Of a DNA stretch of 13,852 nucleotides, positions 7,713 through 13,852 are shown one piece after another. Position numbers and translations under genes: made by a program. The DNA lies in assembly GCA_046485285.1 (NCBI GenBank), contig JAWOHE010000059.1:1-13852 (forward strand), written 5' to 3'. The DNA is from a bacterium. Its GTDB lineage: Bacteria > Hydrothermota > Tepidihabitantia > Tepidihabitantales > Tepidihabitantaceae. The number at the start of each line of letters is the position of its first letter. Within the stretch, counting starts at the first letter, position 1. The notes beneath the pieces were generated by a model, which saw only the letters and a program-made list of their open reading frames with translations, ran no database searches and was not told the origin of the DNA.

Positions 7713-8306
7713 ATGATCCATGCGCTACTCGCCGTCGCCCTGCTCGCCGTCCCGGCCGCCGACTCACTCTGGCCGCGCCTGCGCGAACACTACCTCGGGC
7801 TCCGCTCGCTCTCCGGCAGTTTCGACGAAACCATCCACTCCGAGCTTGACGGCTCGACCCAGGAGTTCTCGGGCAGCTTCTGGTCGGTGCTTCCGGACCG
7901 CTACCGGCTCGAGGTCACCAGCCCCCAGCGCCAGCTCATTGTCGCCAATGACACCGTGCTCTGGTTCCACTTCCCGGACGAACACCGGGCCGTGCGCGAG
8001 GTCCAGCCCCGGGCGATTCCGATACTCGCGTTCATCGAGCCGGTGCTCGACACCCTGACAACCGCCCGTTTCGAGGCCGGCCCGGACGGCACGACGATCG
8101 CCTTCGTCGAGTCCGCCGACGAGATGCCCGCGCTCCAGGACCTCAAGCTGGAACTTGCCCGCGACCGACGCCGCATCGACGCCTTTGAGTTCTTCGATGC
8201 CTGGGGCAGCCACTACCGGTTCGTGCTCAGGTCCCAGCAATGGAACCCGGACCTCGCGCCCGCGCTGTTCCGGTTCGACCCGCCGCCCGGCACGACCGTC
8301 GAGTAG
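7713..8306 (+). CDS. lolA: Outer-membrane lipoprotein carrier protein LolA family
   Basis: Signal peptide MIHALLAVALLAVPA, LSGSFDET, PDRYRLEVTSPQRQLIVANDTVLWFHFP, and C-terminal NPDLAPALFRFDPPPGTTV. The track start TTG 7677 is the -35 box, so ATG 7713 is preferred. Confidence 0.85.
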   Translation: MIHALLAVALLAVPAADSLWPRLREHYLGLRSLSGSFDETIHSELDGSTQEFSGSFWSVLPDRYRLEVTSPQRQLIVANDTVLWFHFPDEHRAVREVQPRAIPILAFIEPVLDTLTTARFEAGPDGTTIAFVESADEMPALQDLKLELARDRRRIDAFEFFDAWGSHYRFVLRSQQWNPDLAPALFRFDPPPGTTVE

Positions 8307-8309
8307 CCG

Positions 8310-8699
8310 ATGCCGGTCAGGGACAGCGGTGTCTGCTTCGCCTGCGGCCGCAACAACCCGCACGGCCTCCGGCTCGATATCCGGCCGGCCGACGACGGAG
8401 TCGGGTTCGAGTTCGTCTGCCCGGACCGCTTCCAGGGCTGGGAGGGCATCGTCCACGGCGGCATCGTCGCCACCTTGCTCGACGAGCTGATTGCCTGGGC
8501 CGCGAGCGAGCGCGGCTGCGAATCGCTCACCGGCGAGCTCTCGGTCCGCTATCGCCGGCCGATGCCGGTCGGCCGCCTGGTTCACGGCTTCGGCCGCATC
8601 GTCCGGGAGCGCGGCCGACTGCTCATCGGCGAGAGCCGCCTCGTTGATGAGACCGGCAACCCGATCGCCGAGGCGACCGGGAAGATGATGAAGGCCTGA
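8310..8699 (+). CDS. PaaI-family hotdog-fold thioesterase
   Basis: CFACGxxNPHGL and FQGWEGIVHGGIVATLLDE motifs, LSVRYRRPMPVG; 129 aa. Confidence 0.9.
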   Translation: MPVRDSGVCFACGRNNPHGLRLDIRPADDGVGFEFVCPDRFQGWEGIVHGGIVATLLDELIAWAASERGCESLTGELSVRYRRPMPVGRLVHGFGRIVRERGRLLIGESRLVDETGNPIAEATGKMMKA

Positions 8700-8704
8700 T
8701 TGCC

Positions 8705-10027
8705 TTGCCCGACCGCCCGGCTGCGGCCGTCATCCTGCTCGGCTGCCCCAAGAACCGTGTCGACGCCGAGAGCACGCTCGCCTCGCTCGGCCGGGCCGGC
8801 TACGCGCTGACCGCCGACCTCGCCGCGGCCGACGTTGCGGTCGTCACAACCTGCGCATTCCTCCGCTCCGCGGTCCGCGAGTCGGAGGCCGCGATCCGCC
8901 GCGCGCTCGCCGCCCGGCGCCGCAACCCCGCGCTCCGGGTCGTCGTCGCCGGCTGTCTCGTCCAGCGCTACGGCCGCAGGCTTCACCGCCGGTTCCCGGA
9001 AGTCGAATTGCTCGCCGGGGTCGACTACCTGGCCGAGATTCCGCGCCTGCTCAAGGTCCGGGCCGGCTACGCCTGCTCCGAGTCGCCATCCGGCACCGGC
9101 TCGCCCGACCGACTAATCTCGACACCACGCCACTACGCCTACCTCCGGGTCGCCGACGGCTGCGACAACCGCTGCAGCTACTGCCTCATCCCGGACATCC
9201 GCGGCCGGTTCCGCTCTCGCCGCCTGCCCGACATCGCGGCCGAGGCCGGCCGGCTCGCCCGGGCCGGCGCCCGCGAACTCATCCTCGTCGCCCAGGACAC
9301 CACCGCCTACGGCCGCGACACCATGCACAGGCTCGTCCTGCCCCGGCTCATCGACCGTCTCGCCGCCCTGCCCGGCGTCGCCTGGCTGCGGCTGATGTAC
9401 GCGCACCCGGTGCGCTTCACCGACGAGCTCGTCGCCCGGTTCTCGACCGCGTCCCGGCTCTGCCGGTACGTCGACCTCCCGGTCCAGCACGCCGCCGACC
9501 GCGTCCTCGCCGCAATGAACCGGGGCTACTCACGTGCCGACCTCGAACGCCTCATCGCCCGGCTCCGGGCCGTGCCCGGGATGCGACTGCGAACCACCGT
9601 CATCGTCGGCTTCCCGGGCGAGACCGACGCCGAGTTCCGGGAACTCCTCGACTTCCTGCGTGCGGTCGAGTTCGACCGGCTCGGCGCCTACGCCTACTCG
9701 GCCGAGGCCGGCACCCCGGCCGCGCGGCTCCGACCCCGGGTTCCGGCGCCGGTCCTCCGGGAACGGCTCGAACGGGTCATCGCGCTCCAGTCGGCAATCT
9801 CCCGCCGCCGCCTCCGCGCACTCCGGGGCCGGACCGTCACCATCATCGCCGACATGCCCGACATCGGCCGCACCGAGTGGGACGCCCCGGAGGTCGACGG
9901 GGTCGTCCGCCTCTCCGGCCCGCCCGCGACGCCCGGTCAGTTCCACCGGGTTCTCGTCACCGGCTCGGACGACCACGACCTGCATGGGCGGGTCACCGCA
10001 CCGACCGATGCGCCGGCGCGCGATTGA
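8705..10027 (+). CDS. rimO: Ribosomal protein S12 methylthiotransferase RimO
   Basis: LGCPKNRVDAE, TCAFL, VAGCLVQRY; radical SAM motif CDNRCSYC; AQDTTAYG, LMYAHP, IVGFPGET, and DAPEVDG in the TRAM region. Confidence 0.95.
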   Translation: MPDRPAAAVILLGCPKNRVDAESTLASLGRAGYALTADLAAADVAVVTTCAFLRSAVRESEAAIRRALAARRRNPALRVVVAGCLVQRYGRRLHRRFPEVELLAGVDYLAEIPRLLKVRAGYACSESPSGTGSPDRLISTPRHYAYLRVADGCDNRCSYCLIPDIRGRFRSRRLPDIAAEAGRLARAGARELILVAQDTTAYGRDTMHRLVLPRLIDRLAALPGVAWLRLMYAHPVRFTDELVARFSTASRLCRYVDLPVQHAADRVLAAMNRGYSRADLERLIARLRAVPGMRLRTTVIVGFPGETDAEFRELLDFLRAVEFDRLGAYAYSAEAGTPAARLRPRVPAPVLRERLERVIALQSAISRRRLRALRGRTVTIIADMPDIGRTEWDAPEVDGVVRLSGPPATPGQFHRVLVTGSDDHDLHGRVTAPTDAPARD

Positions 10028-10051
10028 CAACCGCGCCGGCACAACTACAAT
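10024..10051 (+). promoter_or_regulatory. Internal sigma70-type promoter for purN onward (leaderless)
   Basis: TTGACA (10024-10029, contains the rimO stop TGA), 16-nt spacer, TACAAT (10046-10051); ATG at 10058 is 6 nt later. Confidence 0.78.
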
Positions 10052-10057
10052 GCCTTG

Positions 10058-10684
10058 ATGTCCAAGGTTGGTGTCGGCGTTCTCGCGTCCGGGCGCGGTT
10101 CGAACTTCGAAGCGCTCGCCCGGGCGCTCCAGCGCGACGCCTTCGAGGCCGGCATCCGCGTGCTCATCGTCAACGAGCCCGATGCCCCGGCGCTCAAGCG
10201 TGCCGAAAGACTCGATATCCCGGCCATCGTCGTCAGCCACCGCGACTTCAAGACCCGCCAGTCCTTCGAGCTCGATCTCATCCGCAACCTTGACCACTAC
10301 GAGGTCGGCCTCGTCTGCCTGGCCGGCTTCATGCGCATCCTCTCGCCGACCTTCGTCGACCACTACCCGGAACGGATAATGAACATCCACCCGTCCCTGC
10401 TCCCGGCCTTCGCCGGGCTCCAGGGCCTCGACATCCACGCCGCGGTCCTCGCCGCCGGGGTCAAGGTCACCGGCTGCACGGTTCACTTCGTCACCAACGA
10501 GGTCGACGCCGGGCCAATAATCGTCCAGCGTGCGATACCGGTCCGCGAGGAGGACACACCCGAGCAGCTAGCACTCCGGGTCATCATCGAAGAGCACCAG
10601 GCCTACCCCGAGGCGGTGCGGCTGTTCTGCGAAGGAAAACTGAAGGTCGAAGGCCGGCGCGTCCGCGTCCTCGACGCGGTATGA
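10058..10684 (+). CDS. purN: Phosphoribosylglycinamide formyltransferase
   Basis: LASGRGSNF, LAGFMRIL, NIHPSLLP (catalytic N/H), GCTVHFV..VDAGPIIVQ. ATG 10058 is preferred over TTG 10055. Confidence 0.97.
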   Translation: MSKVGVGVLASGRGSNFEALARALQRDAFEAGIRVLIVNEPDAPALKRAERLDIPAIVVSHRDFKTRQSFELDLIRNLDHYEVGLVCLAGFMRILSPTFVDHYPERIMNIHPSLLPAFAGLQGLDIHAAVLAAGVKVTGCTVHFVTNEVDAGPIIVQRAIPVREEDTPEQLALRVIIEEHQAYPEAVRLFCEGKLKVEGRRVRVLDAV

Positions 10685-11703
10685 AGACACCGGTCCGCGT
10701 CGCGGTCGTCGGCTGCGGCGCGCAGTCCCAGCTCGCCCACATCCCGGCCCTGCGCCAGAACCGCAACGTCGAAATCGTCGCGCTCTGCGACCCGGACATC
10801 CGCAAGATCAACCATCTCCGCCGGCTCCACGGCATCGATCGCTACTACCTCGACTTCGACGACCTGACCGCCGACGAAGGCATTGACGCCTGCGTCATCG
10901 CCACCCCGAACCACCTCCACGCGCCGATGGCGATCGCGGCGATGGAGTACGGCAAGGACGTCCTCTGCGAGGTCCCGCTCGCGCTCAACAGCGAGGAGGC
11001 GTCGGCGATGATCGCGACCGCGGAGCGACTCGGCCGCCGGCTCGTCCCCTGCCTCAACACCCGGCTCCGGCCCGATGTCCAGACAATCCGCCGGTTCATC
11101 GAGGGCGGTGAGCTCGGCGACGTCTACTACTGCAAGACCGGCTGGCTCCAGGGCCGCGAGATGTGGTCGCTCGAGGGCTGGCGCGGCCAGCGCATCCGTG
11201 CCGGCGGCGGCGCCTTCCTCAGCCTCGGCACGCCGCTCCTCGACTTTGCGCTCTGGCTGCTCCGGCCCCGACTCCCCCGCTCGATCACCGGCGTCGTCCA
11301 CCTCCGGCCCGGCCGGAGCGACGTCGAGGACACCGCCTTCGCGATGCTCCGCTTCGACGACGACGTCCTGCTCACCGTCGAGGTCGGCTGGAGCGTGACG
11401 CTCGAGAACGACTTCCGCTACTTCAACGCCTTCGGCTCGGCCGGCGCGGCGCTCCTCAACCCGGTCCAGATCCACAAGGAAATGCATGGCCACCTCGTCA
11501 ACGTCACCCCGCGCATCCCGACCAAGGGAATGCAGCGCGCCTCCCACAAGCTCCTTGCCGACCTCTGGATTGACTCGCTCGTCCGCGACGTCGCGCCCGC
11601 CATCCCGGCCGCCGACGCGCTGCTCATCAACCAGCTCGCCGACGCCTTCTACCTGTCGGCGACGGAGCACCGCGAGGTCAAGCTCACATCCGCCGGTTCC
11701 TGA
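10681..11703 (+). CDS. Gfo/Idh/MocA-family NAD(P)-binding oxidoreductase-like protein
   Basis: VAVVGCG Rossmann motif, IATPNHLHA, GKDVLCEVP, GELGDVY, GGGAFL, VEDTA. ATGA overlap with the purN stop. Confidence 0.9.
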   Translation: MKTPVRVAVVGCGAQSQLAHIPALRQNRNVEIVALCDPDIRKINHLRRLHGIDRYYLDFDDLTADEGIDACVIATPNHLHAPMAIAAMEYGKDVLCEVPLALNSEEASAMIATAERLGRRLVPCLNTRLRPDVQTIRRFIEGGELGDVYYCKTGWLQGREMWSLEGWRGQRIRAGGGAFLSLGTPLLDFALWLLRPRLPRSITGVVHLRPGRSDVEDTAFAMLRFDDDVLLTVEVGWSVTLENDFRYFNAFGSAGAALLNPVQIHKEMHGHLVNVTPRIPTKGMQRASHKLLADLWIDSLVRDVAPAIPAADALLINQLADAFYLSATEHREVKLTSAGS

Positions 11704-13205
11704 TCCTCGCCGCCGCGGCCGGCGGCCTCTGCCTCGCCTTCGCGCCCTTCCCGTTCCGGTTCCTCGCGCTCCTCGCGCTCGTTCCGCTCTTCGCGGCGAT
11801 CGAGACCCGGGGCCTGCGCCGGGTCTTCCTCTGGGGCTGGCTGTTCGGCACGCTCGCCGCGGCCTGCCACTTCTGGTGGCTGTGGTTCCTCATCGTCCCG
11901 GTCGAGCCGGTCACCCGGGTCCTGCTCAACGTCGGTGTCACTGTCCTCTTCGGCTACCTCGGACTCTACGTCGGCGTGTTCGCGCTCCTCGCCCGCCGCC
12001 TCGGGCTCTGGACCGCGCCCCTCCTCTGGCCCCTGCTCGAGTTCGCCCGCGCCACGCTTCAGATCGCCTTCCCGTGGAACTTCCTCGGCTACGCGATGAC
12101 GCCCTGGCTGCCGTTCATCCAGCCCGCGGCCCTCGGCGGCGTCTACCTTGTCTCGGCCTGGGTCGTCCTCGTCAACCTCCTCCTCTACCGGCTCATCCTC
12201 CCGCTCCGCCGTCCCGCGCGCAGCCGTGCAATCGTCGCGGCCGGGCTCGTCCTCGCCTTCGCCCTCCCGCTCGGGCTCTGGCGGCTCCGCACCCGCCCGC
12301 TCGAGGACTGGTTCACTGTCGCCGTCATCCAGCCCGACGTCGCGCCTGACGACAAGGGCGACTGGGACTCCCGCGAGCGGATCCAGGCCGACCTGCTCCG
12401 GCTCACCCGCGAGGCGGCCGGCGCGAAGCCCGACCTCGTCGTCTTCCCGGAAACCGCCACCCTCGTCGACGTCACCACCTCAAACACCATCGGCCCGGCG
12501 CTCCGCGCGCTCGTCGACAGCCTCGACCTCGAGATTCTCACCGGCACGCCGCTCCACGACGTCCCGCGCGGCACCTGGCACAACGGCGCGGTCCTGCTCC
12601 GGCCCGGCGAGGACTCGATCCGCCAGCGCCACTACAAGCTCCGGCTCGTGCCGTTCTCCGAGAAGATTCCCTACGTCGATGAACTCCCGGCTCTCCGGCG
12701 CATCATCGGCACCGCGGACATGGGCAACTGGGACCGCGGCCGGGAGCTCCGCGTCTTCGACTGGCGGAAAGGCACGCTCTCCTGCCTCGTCTGCTACGAG
12801 GCCATCTTCCCCGACCTCACCCGCGAGTTTGTCCGCCGCGGCTCCGAGCTCCACGTCGTCGTCACCAACGACGGCTGGTTCGGCCGGCTCCCCGGCATCC
12901 ACCAGCACGCCGAAATCGCGGTGATGCGCGCGGTCGAAACCGGCGCGCCGATGGTCCGCAGCGCCAACAACGGCATCTCCTTCATCATCGACCCGTTCGG
13001 CCGCGTCCTCGCCCGCACGAACCTCTTCCGGCAGGCCGTCCTCTTCGGCACGGTCCCCCGCCCGCTCCCGCCGACGCCCTACGTTCGCCGGGGCGACTGG
13101 TTCCTCAGGCTCTGCCTCGGCATCCTCCTCCTCGCCGCGGTCGTCAGGCTCGCCCGCCGCGCTCGATCAAAGACCAGACGCGGCCCCACCGGGCTGAGCC
13201 GGTAG
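11688..13205 (+). CDS. lnt: Apolipoprotein N-acyltransferase (start uncertain: ATC 11688 or CTG 11700)
   Basis: Nitrilase-fold triad FPETA / YKLRLVPFSE / LVCYEAIF, plus FPWNFLGY, TNDGWFG, RAVE and RSANNGIS. The frame of ORF 11976..13205 extends upstream with typical Lnt TM helices (LAFAPFP..LALVPLF..GWLFG..HFWWL). Confidence 0.93.
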   Translation: MRRFLILAAAAGGLCLAFAPFPFRFLALLALVPLFAAIETRGLRRVFLWGWLFGTLAAACHFWWLWFLIVPVEPVTRVLLNVGVTVLFGYLGLYVGVFALLARRLGLWTAPLLWPLLEFARATLQIAFPWNFLGYAMTPWLPFIQPAALGGVYLVSAWVVLVNLLLYRLILPLRRPARSRAIVAAGLVLAFALPLGLWRLRTRPLEDWFTVAVIQPDVAPDDKGDWDSRERIQADLLRLTREAAGAKPDLVVFPETATLVDVTTSNTIGPALRALVDSLDLEILTGTPLHDVPRGTWHNGAVLLRPGEDSIRQRHYKLRLVPFSEKIPYVDELPALRRIIGTADMGNWDRGRELRVFDWRKGTLSCLVCYEAIFPDLTREFVRRGSELHVVVTNDGWFGRLPGIHQHAEIAVMRAVETGAPMVRSANNGISFIIDPFGRVLARTNLFRQAVLFGTVPRPLPPTPYVRRGDWFLRLCLGILLLAAVVRLARRARSKTRRGPTGLSR

Positions 13206-13231
13206 CCAAGACCCAGCCACGACCTGCCCTG

Positions 13232-13251
13232 GAAGGGAGATGCCTCCCTTC
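13232..13251 (+). terminator. Possible terminator/stabilising hairpin after lnt
   Basis: GAAGGGAG-atgc-CTCCCTTC: perfect 8-bp stem; no clear U-tract. Confidence 0.35.
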
Positions 13252-13294
13252 TCGACCTCGTGCCTTCGTGTCTGGTTCCTCTCCCCTCCCCGCC

Positions 13295-13495
13295 CGACAT
13301 CTCGACCGGAGGGCCGTGGGCCCAAAGTGGAGAGATCCTTTCCGGTCCCGCACCGAACCCGGCCCAAGGGATTCCTCCAATCGGTGGCTGCGCCGCCCCC
13401 GTTGGAATGACGCCGCTGGGACGTCTGCCCGCGGTGCCGTCGTCCGACCGACGCTGTCATTTCGACCGACGGCCGCGAAGCCGGAGTGGAGAAAT
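13295..13495. repeat. Cluster of three ~44-nt palindromic REP-like repeats (CGTC/TGTC-tagged type) in alternating orientation
   Basis: Copy 1 + 13295-13338 CGACATCTCGACC...GTGGAGAGATCC. Copy 2 - 13369-13412 CGTCATTCCAACG...TTGGAGGAATCC. Copy 3 + 13455-13495 TGTCATTTCGACC...GTGGAGAAAT (truncated). Confidence 0.75.
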
Positions 13496-13852
13496 TGAAA
13501 TGCTTCACAGAGAGTGGGACAAAAGTGGCTTTTGATTTGGGGAGGGTTATGATGGCATAGCGAGGTCAAAATGGACCAGGAACCGAGAGCTGCAAGACGG
13601 GCTTTCAGCCCGCGTGAGAAGCTGGAGATACTGCTCGAGGGCGCAACGACCGGCAACGTTACAGAGGTCTGCCGTCGGCGGGGCGTAGCCGTCAGCATTT
13701 ACTACAAGTGGCGGGGTTTGCTGTTCAAGCATGCCGGAGCCGTATTCGCGCACACCGACGGCGGAACCGGCCGGCGTCAAGTCGCGGTGCTGGAAGAGCA
13801 GTTGCGCCGGAAGAACGCGGTGATTGCCGAACTGACCCAGGAGAACCTGGAC
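13496..13852 (+). mobile_element. Left end of an IS3-family insertion sequence (runs off window)
   Basis: Candidate IRL TGAAATGCTTCACAGAGAGTGGGACA (13496-13521; TG...GGACA form), a drop in GC content, a TATGAT -10-like box at 13548, then an OrfA-type gene. Confidence 0.75.
13571..13852 (+). CDS. IS3-family transposase OrfA-like protein (HTH + leucine zipper), 3'-truncated
   Basis: Translated by hand (absent from the track because there is no stop): MDQEPRAARRAFSPREKLEILLEGATTGNVTEVCRRRGVAVSIYYKWR...LEEQLRRKNAVIAELTQENLD. SD GAGGT at 13562-13566. Confidence 0.88.
   Translation, partial: MDQEPRAARRAFSPREKLEILLEGATTGNVTEVCRRRGVAVSIYYKWRGLLFKHAGAVFAHTDGGTGRRQVAVLEEQLRRKNAVIAELTQENLD

Noticed and set aside
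7690..10039. CCGCGCCGG shared in the spacers of the lolA (7690-7698) and purN (10031-10039) promoters
   Set aside because: It is an all-GC 9-mer at different offsets, which is likely by chance at this composition.
7764..12908. Long minus-strand ORFs (7764..8585, 9530..10486, 10603..11670 and others) and S/R/P-rich alternative + frames
   Set aside because: They are shadows of lolA, rimO, purN, the oxidoreductase and lnt caused by codon bias.
13295..13495. Possible CRISPR array or tRNA
   Set aside because: The repeats alternate in orientation and are diverged, there are no cas genes, and there is no cloverleaf or T-loop pattern.
13144..13698. 184-aa minus-strand ORF and other small ORFs over the repeat/IS junction
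   Set aside because: They span the lnt end, the repeats and the IS boundary, with no protein-like features.

Overview
GC-rich bacterial window. Two convergent genes at the left encode secreted-type proteins with T9SS/FlgD-Ig-like C-terminal domains: one is truncated by the window edge, the other is a ~977 aa double beta-propeller protein. They are followed by a GT-C/ArnT(PMT)-like membrane glycosyltransferase with TPRs and a convergent SirB1/transglutaminase-like + TPR protein. A + strand cluster runs lolA, PaaI-type thioesterase, rimO, purN, Gfo/Idh/MocA oxidoreductase, lnt. The window ends with three palindromic REP-like repeats, the last interrupted by the left end of an IS3-family element. 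The domain style (KGNNT Kelch-like blades plus FlgD/T9SS-like CTD) suggests candidate division WOR-3 or a related lineage; this is inference only. No clearly new multi-gene system is evident. The most unusual signals are in the expression architecture: sigma70-like promoters mostly with 16-bp spacers, three apparently leaderless genes, two short upstream ORFs abutting main genes, an lnt gene with no canonical start codon, and two probable pseudo-enzymes.
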